The notes: generated from the letters alone by a model not told the origin. A DNA stretch of 64,000 nucleotides from an uncultured Chitinophaga sp. (GCA_964505065.1 CAZDGF010000003.1:12320-76319), one strand, 5' to 3'; numbered from the stretch's first letter, positions 18,495 to 28,157 are shown. Made by a program: numbers and translations.

Positions 18495-19850
18495 TTATTT
18501 TTTAGTTGTAAGCCATTCATCAAAAAAACCGCATTTTATATAATGATTGCTAATATAAAAATACACGTCTTTTCTTTTTTGTTCAGCCCAAATATCAAGC
18601 GAAGATTTCTTTTTTACTTCCAATGCTTGAGCTTGTATGCGTTGCCAATCGTTTTCTAAATTGGCACTGTGTGGTTTGCTTTCCGATTTTAAAAAAAACA
18701 TGCGATAGTATTCACTACCGTCTTGCAAATAGGCTAATGTAGGTTCGCTGTATTCTCCTGCTTTTAATTTGCCTATTTCATTTGCCATTTCTTTATCTAA
18801 ATAATCGTAAGGTATTTTTTGAGTGCCTAAACTTGGCTCAGTAAAAAAACCGCAATTGGGCTTTGTTTCTTCGTCTTCGCTATAATATTTTACAGCATCG
18901 CAAAAGCTTATTTTCTTTTCTTTTAAAATAGTGGCAATAGAATCTAATTTGTATTTAGCCAATTCCATATCGGTATCTATAATTTTGGGGCGAACCAAAA
19001 TATGCCTTACATTTACCCTTTCTCCTCTTTTATCTATTAATTTTAAAATATGAAAACCATATTTTGTTTCTATAATTTCCGAAATACTGTCTTTTTTCAT
19101 TGTAAAAGCTGTGCGTTCAAACTCTGGCACCATTTCGTTTCTACCAAATTCAGGTAGAAGTCCGCTTGTTTTTTTACTCCCTGGGTCTTCGCTATATAAA
19201 CTTGCCAAACGGTTAAAACTTTCGCCATTCATAATTCTTTCTCTTAAACTTGCCAATTGCTCCTTGGCAAACTCTTTAGCCTCGGCACTGAAAGTAGGTT
19301 TTACAACTATTTGAGCCACTTCTACCTCGGCAGAAATAAATGGCAAGCTATCTGTAGGTATTTTTTGAAAATAAGCTCTTACTTCTTTAGGGGTAATTTT
19401 AACATTGCCTTGTATGCTTTGTTCCATGCGTTCTATCAACATTTGGTTGCGCACTTTGCTTCGCAATTGCATTTTGTATTCGGCTACACTCATACCCAAG
19501 TATTTTTCTAAAGCTGCACGGCTATTCATTTGGCGTTCAAAAAAACGTAAATTGTTATCCATCTTATCGTTTATCTCTTCCTCCGTAAGCGGAATACTAT
19601 CCAACTCCGCTTGATGAAGCAACATTTTATCTGTAAGCAAGCGTTTAAAAATAGCGCAACGCATATCTTGGGTTATTTCTATATCGGGGTCGGTTTGCGA
19701 AATAATAATATCCAACTCCGAACGTAGAACAGGCGTATTGCCTACTACGGCTATTACCTCATCTATTACTTGTTTTGGCTGCCCTTTTACAATGCTTATA
19801 TGTGCTATAAAAAGCAATGTAAATACGAACCAATTTTTTATACACTTCAT
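18495..19850 (-). CDS. SurA-like peptidyl-prolyl isomerase / periplasmic chaperone
   Basis: Signal peptide, SurA N-terminal chaperone domain, parvulin domain (KYGFHILKLIDKRGE). Confidence 0.85.
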   Translation of the reverse strand: MKCIKNWFVFTLLFIAHISIVKGQPKQVIDEVIAVVGNTPVLRSELDIIISQTDPDIEITQDMRCAIFKRLLTDKMLLHQAELDSIPLTEEEINDKMDNNLRFFERQMNSRAALEKYLGMSVAEYKMQLRSKVRNQMLIERMEQSIQGNVKITPKEVRAYFQKIPTDSLPFISAEVEVAQIVVKPTFSAEAKEFAKEQLASLRERIMNGESFNRLASLYSEDPGSKKTSGLLPEFGRNEMVPEFERTAFTMKKDSISEIIETKYGFHILKLIDKRGERVNVRHILVRPKIIDTDMELAKYKLDSIATILKEKKISFCDAVKYYSEDEETKPNCGFFTEPSLGTQKIPYDYLDKEMANEIGKLKAGEYSEPTLAYLQDGSEYYRMFFLKSESKPHSANLENDWQRIQAQALEVKKKSSLDIWAEQKRKDVYFYISNHYIKCGFFDEWLTTKK

Positions 19851-19871
19851 GCGGTTTTCTCTTTTTTTATT

Positions 19872-20729
19872 TTAATTGTAATATACTTTTACCTTGCCAT
19901 TTTCATAAGCCTTGTTCAGCATATTGGTTTTTGTGGTTTTTAAAAACTCTAATTTACGTTGGTATAGCAATATATCTTTTATGTTTTCTTTAGCTAAAGC
20001 CAATGGAGAAGGGGTATCTTTTATTCTAAAATCTATAATATTGAGTAAATACAAAGTGCCATTTTCTTCTATTTTTATAAACTTATTGTTGCTTAAAAAC
20101 CGCTCTTGGTCGTAGTTTTCATCAAGGGGAATTTCTTTTGTAATATCATCTAAATACAACCAATTGTTATCAATATAAAAATTATCAGCTCCTATTTTTT
20201 CTGCCATTAAGCGCAACAATGAATCGTTTATATTACTTGGATTTTGCATCAAATTTTTTATTTTATTAATATCTACTTTGCTGCTATTTACTTTTATGTA
20301 ACGTATCTTGGCAATATTTTTTTTCAATTGAAAGGTATTTTGATTGTTGGTGTAAAACGTTTCAATATCCTTTTCGGTTACAGCAGTATCCAATTTTTCT
20401 TTAATTAATTTTTGCTCGTAAGCATAAAGTAATAGCGAATTTTGATAATCTTCTATCAGTTTACTATGGTCTTTTTCGCTGCTGCTAAGCTTATCATTGG
20501 CTTCATTGAGGCTAAGTTGTGTTAATACCCAATTATCAATGTACGCTTTTAAATAGCCCGAACTATCATTTGCCCCAAATTTTTTGATTAGCTCTTCGGG
20601 CAAATCTTTTTTGGTTAAAACTTTGCCATTTACCTCAGCCAATAGTTCGCTATTTGTGTTTTTATTGCCATTTTTACAAGCCATAAAAACAATACTCAAT
20701 AAAAAACTATATGCTAAAGTTTTAAGCAT
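19872..20729 (-). CDS. lipoprotein of unknown function in the chaperone cluster
   Basis: Lipobox ...IVFMAC at Cys18, in an operon-like position between two PPIase genes. Confidence 0.6.
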   Translation of the reverse strand: MLKTLAYSFLLSIVFMACKNGNKNTNSELLAEVNGKVLTKKDLPEELIKKFGANDSSGYLKAYIDNWVLTQLSLNEANDKLSSSEKDHSKLIEDYQNSLLLYAYEQKLIKEKLDTAVTEKDIETFYTNNQNTFQLKKNIAKIRYIKVNSSKVDINKIKNLMQNPSNINDSLLRLMAEKIGADNFYIDNNWLYLDDITKEIPLDENYDQERFLSNNKFIKIEENGTLYLLNIIDFRIKDTPSPLALAKENIKDILLYQRKLEFLKTTKTNMLNKAYENGKVKVYYN

Positions 20730-20732
20730 ATT

Positions 20733-22754
20733 TTAGCGCACCATTCTATTTTTAAAAATGTTGTAATACGTGCTGTTTACATTGATAGGATATTTAAGTA
20801 TTAAACCATCAAGCCATTGTTTTTCAAGATAATTTTGATAATCGCTTGTAATAGGTCCTCGTGCATCGTTCAATGTTTTGGGTGCTGCTGGCAAAAATTG
20901 GTGTATCTGTATAACTACAAAACCACCTGCGGCTTTTATATCTTCAAAAATAATGTATTTATTATCTGTTTTACCAGTTTCAAATACCATATCTGCATAG
21001 GCATTGTCGCCTTTTTCAAACTTACCTGTGGTAGGTGTAGCAAGGTTTAGCGGGTTTTGTTTGTTGTTTTTCTTAATAATAGAGTCTATAACTATGCCTG
21101 CATCTAAATCTTTTTTTACCCCATCGGCAACAGCCTTATTGGCACAACGGAAGATAGTGGCATCAAATCTATCTTTAAAATTGTATTTAGTTTTATTTTG
21201 TTCGTAGTAGTTTTTTAAGCCTGTGGTATCTTCTACGCTTTTTGTCCATACTTTTTTATCTGTAAGTGTAAACAATAAAATACCTTCTTTGTATTCTTTA
21301 AAAAGAGCAGCAAAGGTATCGTTGTTGTTTTCCAAATCGTTTTCGTAATACTCCATAATGGTATTCATTTTATAGGCATCATAATATTTGGTAATTACAT
21401 TACCCATAGCTTTGCTTTCAGAAGGTTCTTTAATGGTTTCTAAAAATTTTCCAAAATCGGCAACGGTATAATTTTTTGCTTTAGTTGTTAAAGTAAACAA
21501 TGGTTTTTTAGCCAATTTATCAAATTCTTTTTGCACCATTTTTGTTGGGCGAAATTGGTATTCTCCTCTTAAAATAGAACTGTCTACTTGGGTTTTGAAT
21601 TTAGCAAAATCAACAGCATTTTCTTTTATTTTATAAAATTTTTGCGCTTTTTTATACACTGCCAATGTATTTCTGTATTGGCGGCTATCTCTGCTTATTT
21701 TATTTAAAAGCGTTGGTTTCATTTCTTTAAGCGTGGGCATAGGCTTTAGGCTTATTCTTTTTATGATATGAAAACCCAATGGTGTTTGAAAAGGCTCTGA
21801 AATATCGCCATCTTTAGCTAATGCAAAAGCTATGGCTTTAAAATTTTCTGGCAGGCGCCCGTTGGTAGAAGCAAAAGCTGGTAATTCGCCATTGTTCATT
21901 ACCGTTTGTGCATCTTCTGAATATTGGTTTACAAGGGTTTCAAATTTTTCGCCAGCAATTAGTTTTTTATACACTTCATCTATTTTGGCTTTTACCTCTG
22001 CGCTTTCATCGGCACTAGGGTTAGGATTTGTTTGTATCAATATTTGTTTAACTGTAATATCGCCTTTGCTTTCTCTTTTATCGGTAACTTTTATAATATG
22101 GTAGCCAAATTCTGTGCGAAAAGCTTTAGATACACTACCCAATGGCGTTGTAAATACTACGTTTTCAAAAGAATAAATCATTTGAAAAGCAGTAAAATAG
22201 CCTAAATCGCCTCTATTATCTTTAGCAGAAGGGTCTTCGCTAAAGGTTTCGGCAGCATTTTCAAATGTTAGTTTTCCGCTTGCAATATCGTTGCGTATTT
22301 CATTGATACGGGCAAGTGCTTTTAGGGTATCGGCTGGCAAAGCATCAGGATTTACAAAAATTAAAATATGGCTTGCTCTAATGTCATATTTCATTCTATC
22401 GTAAGCCTCGTTTACCAATTGGTCGTTCACCATTCTATCCGTAAGATATGGCTTGGCTATTTGTTTGCGGTAGGTAGCCAATTCGCTTTTAAAACCTTCG
22501 GTAGTATCTAAGCCCATATCGTAGGCATCTTGCACTTTTAATTTAAATTTTTTGTACAATTCCAAATACTCATCTACCTCCGTAGCAGTGTGTTTAGCAC
22601 CTGCTTTTTCATTTTTGGTAAATCCTCTTTCAAATTCTTTAAGGCTTACTGTTTTAGTGCCATAGGTAAAAAGCGTAGTGTCTTTTCCTTTTTTTTGGGC
22701 TTTAAGTGTTACGGCTATAAGCACCGTAAATGCAACAATTACAAGACGTTTCAT
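20733..22754 (-). CDS. PpiD/SurA-like peptidyl-prolyl isomerase with two parvulin domains
   Basis: Signal peptide plus two rotamase motifs (EFGYHIIKVTDKRE, PLGFHIIKRIS). Confidence 0.85.
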   Translation of the reverse strand: MKRLVIVAFTVLIAVTLKAQKKGKDTTLFTYGTKTVSLKEFERGFTKNEKAGAKHTATEVDEYLELYKKFKLKVQDAYDMGLDTTEGFKSELATYRKQIAKPYLTDRMVNDQLVNEAYDRMKYDIRASHILIFVNPDALPADTLKALARINEIRNDIASGKLTFENAAETFSEDPSAKDNRGDLGYFTAFQMIYSFENVVFTTPLGSVSKAFRTEFGYHIIKVTDKRESKGDITVKQILIQTNPNPSADESAEVKAKIDEVYKKLIAGEKFETLVNQYSEDAQTVMNNGELPAFASTNGRLPENFKAIAFALAKDGDISEPFQTPLGFHIIKRISLKPMPTLKEMKPTLLNKISRDSRQYRNTLAVYKKAQKFYKIKENAVDFAKFKTQVDSSILRGEYQFRPTKMVQKEFDKLAKKPLFTLTTKAKNYTVADFGKFLETIKEPSESKAMGNVITKYYDAYKMNTIMEYYENDLENNNDTFAALFKEYKEGILLFTLTDKKVWTKSVEDTTGLKNYYEQNKTKYNFKDRFDATIFRCANKAVADGVKKDLDAGIVIDSIIKKNNKQNPLNLATPTTGKFEKGDNAYADMVFETGKTDNKYIIFEDIKAAGGFVVIQIHQFLPAAPKTLNDARGPITSDYQNYLEKQWLDGLILKYPINVNSTYYNIFKNRMVR

Positions 22755-22790
22755 GTTATATTATATATTCTGTTTTTTAATAAAAGATTA

Positions 22791-22798
22791 CAAAAATA
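22791..22798 (-). promoter_or_regulatory. candidate -7 box (TATTTTTG on the minus strand) for the chaperone/MoxR gene string
   Basis: Exact TAnnTTTG, 36 nt upstream of the ATG at 22754. Confidence 0.35.
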
Positions 22799-22875
22799 CG
22801 CTTTTTTTGGTATTTTAAAATTTCTGTTTTTTTTGTCTTATACAATATAATAAACACTTTATCGTTTTGTATTGT

Positions 22876-23733
22876 ATGAAAGCACATATTTTAATTCTAC
22901 TATTTTTATGCCAAAATATTAATGGCGAAAGTTTAAAAGCGATAAAAGCAGACTCATTGCTTCAAAGAAAATTAATATCTTTAAAAGCCATTGGCTTGGG
23001 TGGATATTCTAAAGAATGTATTGAAATGGAATTGCAAAATTTTACAAACCAAACCTTGCTTATAGAAATTGAAAGTGGAAGGCGTTTTGTGTCGTTAGAT
23101 AGCGGAGAACAAGATATTTTGGTAGTAAAACCAAGCTTGGTAACAGTGCAGCCCCGCAGTAAAATATTTGCAAAATTGTTTGGTTTTTGTTGCCAATCTA
23201 ATAAAAGTGCACCTAAAGCAAATAGCACATTTTATAAATCGTATATGGCACCCAAACATTGGCAGCAGCTTACCAATTATTTAGATACAAATAGCCAAAT
23301 TACCCCTTCTACTATGCAGAGTGCAATATGGGCTTTAAGCAATAAAAAACGTGTAGAATACATAGGTAGCAATAATGCCGAAGATAGGGCTTTAAGACAA
23401 ATGGTTGCAATGCTTTTAAAACAAGCCATGCCATGGTATAATGTGGTGTACGATGAAAGCAAAGTAATACCTGGCGATACTAACCAAATAGCTATCCCTT
23501 TAATGTTTCATGCAGATATAGATTTAACTGTGCCTCATGCACGCAGCATAACCGCTACCATTGTAGATAAAGATAAAAAGACTATTAAAGTTTTGACCCA
23601 ATATTATTACATTAGAGATGGAGTGCAATCATTTAGTATTACACAAAATTTAAAAAATTATAAAAAAGGCAAATATTTTTTAGTTATTACTGGCGAAAAA
23701 GGCTATAAAATTGAGAAAGAATTTGAGATATGA
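22876..23733 (+). CDS. secreted protein of unknown function
   Basis: ATG at 22876 gives MKAHILILLFLCQNINGES (signal peptide). No family recognised. Contains FGFCCQ and TMQSAIW motifs (see findings). Confidence 0.65.
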   Translation: MKAHILILLFLCQNINGESLKAIKADSLLQRKLISLKAIGLGGYSKECIEMELQNFTNQTLLIEIESGRRFVSLDSGEQDILVVKPSLVTVQPRSKIFAKLFGFCCQSNKSAPKANSTFYKSYMAPKHWQQLTNYLDTNSQITPSTMQSAIWALSNKKRVEYIGSNNAEDRALRQMVAMLLKQAMPWYNVVYDESKVIPGDTNQIAIPLMFHADIDLTVPHARSITATIVDKDKKTIKVLTQYYYIRDGVQSFSITQNLKNYKKGKYFLVITGEKGYKIEKEFEI

Positions 23734-23773
23734 TTTTTAATTTTAACGTGAGTTTAGGTTAAGAAAAAAAGCA

Positions 23774-23868
23774 GTCATTCTGAAAATTTTGGCTTCGCAA
23801 AATTATTCAGAATCTTTAATTATTTCAGTTTCTGAATCTTTTTTCAGAGCAAAAAAGTTCAGAATGAC
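23774..23868. repeat. GTCATT-family composite miniature element (modules A+B)
   Basis: GTCATTCTGAA...CAGAATGAC termini. 23830-23868 is identical to 28076-28114 and to the reverse complement of 28921-28959. Confidence 0.75.
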
Positions 23869-23905
23869 AACTTTGAAAAGACATTTACCTTAACCAACTC
23901 TCTCT

Positions 23906-24469
23906 TTAATTTACATAAACAGGAATAGTGCAAGTATGGTAAACTATGCCTGGCGCACAATCGCCATTTTTAGTGCCTTTTTGGTATTTTATAGTAAATG
24001 TAAAATTACCATTACCTGCGTTTTGAGTGGTTAAATCGTAAGTAAGTCCAATGGGTAAGCTGCCGTCTGTATCTGTTGGCGTAGCTGCTAAACCCATGGT
24101 ATTTGTAAAACATAGTTTGTAATCTTTACCATTTGTTTTTAATTTACTATTTAAAATAACAATATTAGATTTATTTGTGCCGTCTTCTATTCTAAAAGTA
24201 AGTTTATACAATCTATTGGTTTTTAATGCTACACCGCTAATATTTGCTGGTTTTGGTCCTGCACCATCTGGGTCGTCATAGCTTACAATATCTGTTATAG
24301 AATCTTTGGTATCTTCAAAGTAAACCATAAAACTGGTAACAGTATCTGATGGTGTTGTAGGATTTTGGTTTGAGTTGTTTGAAGAATTGTTGCTCTCTTT
24401 ATCCTCTTTTTTACAAGATGAGATAAATAGAATTGAAAGTAAAGCGAGTAGTAAAGATGCGTTTTTCAT
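23906..24469 (-). CDS. lipoprotein of unknown function
   Basis: Lipobox LFISSC, S/N-rich linker, then a beta-rich domain. Confidence 0.65.
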   Translation of the reverse strand: MKNASLLLALLSILFISSCKKEDKESNNSSNNSNQNPTTPSDTVTSFMVYFEDTKDSITDIVSYDDPDGAGPKPANISGVALKTNRLYKLTFRIEDGTNKSNIVILNSKLKTNGKDYKLCFTNTMGLAATPTDTDGSLPIGLTYDLTTQNAGNGNFTFTIKYQKGTKNGDCAPGIVYHTCTIPVYVN

Positions 24470-24508
24470 TATAATAATTGATGAAAAACTGCAATAATAG
24501 TGCCAATA

Positions 24509-25072
24509 TTATTCTGCTTCCGCTTCCACAGTTTCTACTTGAGGCACCATGCGTTTTAGCAAATTTTCTATACCTGCTTTTAGGGTAAATGTGCTTGAAG
24601 GGCAACCACTGCAACTGCCTTTCATTACCACTGTAACCACACCTTCTTTAAAAGATTTAAAACTAATAGCACCGCCATCCATTTCTACAGCTGGCTTTAC
24701 ATGTTCGTCTAACAGTTTTCTAATTTTAGCTTCTATTTCTCCTTCTTCTTCGGGTGTTAGGTTTTTATTGGCACTAATTATTTCTTTTTCGCTTTCTAAA
24801 TAGGTTTTTATAAATTCTCTAATTGGCGAAATATGATCAACCCATTCCACATCGGGCAGTTTGGTTATAGATATAAAATTATTCATAATAAACACACCAT
24901 TGGCAAAAGGATATTCATTAAAAATAGCTACAGCTAAAGGCGAGTTGCCTTCGGCTTTTTCTTTGGTTCTGTAATCTACGCTGTCGTTAGGCAATATCAT
25001 TTTGCTAACTACAAATTTCATACTATCAGGATTAGGCGTAGCCTCGGCATATACGGTTACAAAATTGCTCAT
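24509..25072 (-). CDS. NifU/Nfu-type Fe-S cluster assembly protein (Nfu_N + NifU C-terminal domain)
   Basis: N-terminal TPNPDSMKF motif, C-terminal CSGCPSS motif. Confidence 0.85.
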   Translation of the reverse strand: MSNFVTVYAEATPNPDSMKFVVSKMILPNDSVDYRTKEKAEGNSPLAVAIFNEYPFANGVFIMNNFISITKLPDVEWVDHISPIREFIKTYLESEKEIISANKNLTPEEEGEIEAKIRKLLDEHVKPAVEMDGGAISFKSFKEGVVTVVMKGSCSGCPSSTFTLKAGIENLLKRMVPQVETVEAEAE

Positions 25073-25099
25073 TTTTTTGGTTTTAAATTTTAAGTGCTA

Positions 25100-25107
25100 C
25101 AAATGTA
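25100..25107 (-). promoter_or_regulatory. candidate -7 box (TACATTTG on the minus strand) for the NifU-like gene
   Basis: Exact TAnnTTTG, 27 nt upstream of the ATG at 25072. Confidence 0.35.
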
Positions 25108-25194
25108 CAATAATTTTATTTTGTAAAATATCATAAGAATTGATGATGGGATAACTTTTAAAAAAAAACAACTTACTTTGCAGCTTATTTCAGT

Positions 25195-26199
25195 ATGGAA
25201 ACAGTAGTAAGCGGCATTCGCCCAACAGGCAAATTACATTTGGGCAATTATTTTGGTGCAGTAAAAAACTTTTTGCGTATGCAAAACGAGTTTAATTGCT
25301 ATTTTTTTATTGCCGATTACCATTCGCTTACAACCCACCCAACGCCAGCAGATTTGCACAGTTCGGTAAAACGTGTATTGGCAGAGTATGTAGCTTTGGG
25401 TTTAAATCCAGAAAAATGTACTTTGTATTTACAAAGTGATTTGCCTGTAACAGCCGAATTGTACCTGTTTTTAAATATGAATGCTTATAAAGGCGAGTTG
25501 GAACGTGTTACCTCTTTTAAAGAAAAAGCACGCAGCCAACCCGATAATATCAATGCTGGTTTGCTTACTTATCCTGTGCTTATGGCTGCAGATATTTTAC
25601 TACACAGAGGTGCTAAAGTGCCTGTGGGCAAAGACCAAGAGCAACATTTAGAAATGGCTCGAACTTTTGGCAATAGGTTTAACCGCTTGTATCAAAATGA
25701 CTATTTTCCAGAACCGCAAGCCTTTAATTATAACGATGAGCTGGTAAAAGTGCCTGGCTTAACCGATAGCGGAAAAATGAGTAAAAGCGCAGGCGAACAC
25801 GATACTATTTACATGGGCGATAATGCCGAAACATTGCGAAAAAAAATAATGAAAGCTGTAACCAGCGTTGTAGATACACCAAGCGAAATAGGCAGCGCAA
25901 AGCCTTCGGCAGTTCAAAATTTATTTGATTTAATGGGTTTGGTAAGTACAGCAGATATTGTTCGTCATTTTGATGAAACTTATTATGCAGGTACTATTCG
26001 CTTTGGCGATATGAAAAAACAATTGGCAGAGGATATGGAAAATTTTATTGCACCATACAGAGAAAGTATTAACGATACATTGAGCAATGATAACTTATTG
26101 AGTAAAATTGCAAAATTAGGTGCTGAAAAAGCAAGAGAAAGTGCGCAAAAAACAATAAAAGAAGTAAGAGAAATTATAGGCTTTAAGAAATTTTATTGA
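25195..26199 (+). CDS. trpS: tryptophan--tRNA ligase
   Basis: HIGH-like GKLHLGNYFG and exact KMSKS. 334 aa. Confidence 0.95.
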   Translation: METVVSGIRPTGKLHLGNYFGAVKNFLRMQNEFNCYFFIADYHSLTTHPTPADLHSSVKRVLAEYVALGLNPEKCTLYLQSDLPVTAELYLFLNMNAYKGELERVTSFKEKARSQPDNINAGLLTYPVLMAADILLHRGAKVPVGKDQEQHLEMARTFGNRFNRLYQNDYFPEPQAFNYNDELVKVPGLTDSGKMSKSAGEHDTIYMGDNAETLRKKIMKAVTSVVDTPSEIGSAKPSAVQNLFDLMGLVSTADIVRHFDETYYAGTIRFGDMKKQLAEDMENFIAPYRESINDTLSNDNLLSKIAKLGAEKARESAQKTIKEVREIIGFKKFY

Positions 26200-26224
26200 T
26201 TTTAAGCAATTACAAAGTATGAAT

Positions 26225-27451
26225 TTACACCAATACTTTTTCCGTATGATTTTGAGCAAACCAATAAGGCATTTCGTTGATGCTTTCAAAGGCGTTGGTA
26301 AACTGTAAACAAGCTTTTTTGCCAATAGTAATACTGCCATGTGTAGCTTCAATATTAAGGGCTTTGGCAGCATTTATAGTGGCTGCATTAAAAGCCTCGA
26401 CAGGTAGCATTTTATTGTACAAACAAGCCAAACTTATAGTAAACCAAAGATTATAATGTGGGCTGCTACCTGGGTTAAAATCGCTGGCTATGGCTATGGG
26501 CAAGCCTACATCTATCATTAGCCTTGCAGGGCTATATGGTATTTTTAGAAAAAAACTACTGCCTGGTAAAATTACAGGCATAGTTTCACTTTGCAATAAA
26601 CATTCTATTTCCGTTTGGCTAATATGCTCTAAATGGTCAACCGATAGGGCATTGTTAGCTACTGCCACTTGCACACCACCTGTAAGCCCAAGCTCGTTGC
26701 CATGTATTTTAGCTTTCAAACCATATTTTGCTGCTTCTTTTAGCAAATAATCGGCTTCTTCAACAGTATAAAAACCAGTATCGCAAAATACATCCATAAA
26801 ATCTGCTAAATTTTCTTTGGCAATAATGGGCAACATTTCATTTACAATTAAATCTAAATACGCTTTTCTATTTTGTTTAAATTCAATAGGCATGGCATGT
26901 GCGCCCAAAAATGTGGCTTTTATAGTTATAGGTAAGTTTTCTTTTAACCGTTTTATAACCCGCAACATTTTTATTTCAGCTTCAACCGTAAGTCCATAAC
27001 CACTTTTTATCTCAATTGCGCAAGTGCCACAAGCCATTGCTTTTTGAGCGTAGTTGTAGGCATTTTGGTATAAAAATTCTTCCGTACAGGTTTGTAGTTT
27101 TTTTGCTGAATTTAAAATTCCACCGCCTTCGGCAGCTATTTCTTCGTAGGTTTTACCTTGCAGGCGCAAGACATACTCATTATACCTTGGTGCGGCAAAC
27201 ACCATGTGGGTATGCGAATCTATAAAAGCAGGCATTACCCATTGGTTGGTAGCATCTATAATTTCGCCATTGTATTCTGGGCAATTTTGCATTTCTCCAA
27301 AGGCAGCTATTAAGCCATTTTTTATTAAAATATAAGCATTGTCTATACTTTCAATTGTATTCATATCTTTACCTTTTAAGCAAGAAATAGTGGATGGTAA
27401 AATGCCAATTAATTTGGCTATGTTTGTAATTAAATAATTTTTATTCGACAT
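26225..27451 (-). CDS. hutI: imidazolonepropionase
   Basis: Amidohydrolase motifs FIDSHTHMVF, KIHGNELG, ASDFNPGS. Start set at Met54 of the track ORF (MSNKNYLITNIAKLIG...), which aligns with the usual HutI N-terminus. The longer form would be antisense to the neighbouring gene. Confidence 0.85.
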   Translation of the reverse strand: MSNKNYLITNIAKLIGILPSTISCLKGKDMNTIESIDNAYILIKNGLIAAFGEMQNCPEYNGEIIDATNQWVMPAFIDSHTHMVFAAPRYNEYVLRLQGKTYEEIAAEGGGILNSAKKLQTCTEEFLYQNAYNYAQKAMACGTCAIEIKSGYGLTVEAEIKMLRVIKRLKENLPITIKATFLGAHAMPIEFKQNRKAYLDLIVNEMLPIIAKENLADFMDVFCDTGFYTVEEADYLLKEAAKYGLKAKIHGNELGLTGGVQVAVANNALSVDHLEHISQTEIECLLQSETMPVILPGSSFFLKIPYSPARLMIDVGLPIAIASDFNPGSSPHYNLWFTISLACLYNKMLPVEAFNAATINAAKALNIEATHGSITIGKKACLQFTNAFESINEMPYWFAQNHTEKVLV

Positions 27452-27971
27452 GATAAATAGGCAAGATTTACAAAAAATATTGAGCAAAGGTAAAGAAGTT
27501 TTTATTGCCGATACAGCTCGTGTTTTTGGAAAAGTAATATTGGGCAATAATGTGAGTATTTGGTATGGGGCTGTGGTGCGTGGCGATGGCGATTTAATAA
27601 CCATTGGCAATGGTTCAAATATTCAAGATACGGCTGTGGTGCATGTGGACCCTGGCTTTCCTACCTCTATTGGGCAAAATTGTATTATAGGACACAGAGC
27701 CATTGTGCATGGGGCTACTTTGGCAAACAATGTACTGGTGGGCATGGGTGCTATTATTATGAATGGCGCTACTATTGGCGAATTTAGCATAATAGGTGCA
27801 GGCGCTGTTGTGCCCGAGGGCATGCAAATTCCGCCTTATAGTTTGGTAATGGGTGTTCCTGCAAAAATAATTAAACAGATTACCGAACAACAAAAAGAAA
27901 AAATAATTAAAAATGCTGAAAGCTATTTGGCTTTGAGTAAGGTGTATTTAAATATTGTTAGTTCTGAATAA
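27450..27971 (+). CDS. gamma-carbonic-anhydrase-like hexapeptide-repeat protein
   Basis: Left-handed beta-helix repeats, ...VSIWYGAVVRGD... and the H..A.VHG pattern typical of the gamma-CA/YrdA family. Confidence 0.8.
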   Translation: MINRQDLQKILSKGKEVFIADTARVFGKVILGNNVSIWYGAVVRGDGDLITIGNGSNIQDTAVVHVDPGFPTSIGQNCIIGHRAIVHGATLANNVLVGMGAIIMNGATIGEFSIIGAGAVVPEGMQIPPYSLVMGVPAKIIKQITEQQKEKIIKNAESYLALSKVYLNIVSSE

Positions 27972-27982
27972 TCCTTCATGTC

Positions 27983-28114
27983 GTCATTCTGTATCCCGCA
28001 CGTGCGGGAGGCTTCGCAAAATTATACAGAACTTTTTTCATGTAGCGTAGCGGAATAATCTGAAATATACAGAGATTCTGAATCTTTTTTCAGAGCAAAA
28101 AAGTTCAGAATGAC
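27983..28114. repeat. GTCATT-family composite element (module A with CCCGCACGTGCGGG core, linker, module B)
   Basis: GTCATTCTGTATCCCGCACGTGCGGGAGGCTTCGCAAAATTATACAGAA ... AGATTCTGAATCTTTTTTCAGAGCAAAAAAGTTCAGAATGAC. Confidence 0.8.
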
Positions 28115-28157
28115 GCTTTGTTCAAAACATTTCTAATATTCATTTCAACATTCAAAT

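Noticed and set aside
26225-27610. Long (461-aa) form of the hutI ORF
   Set aside because: The first 53 codons are antisense to the gamma-CA-like gene and are Pro/Ser/Thr-rich nonsense. The HutI N-terminal alignment begins at Met54.
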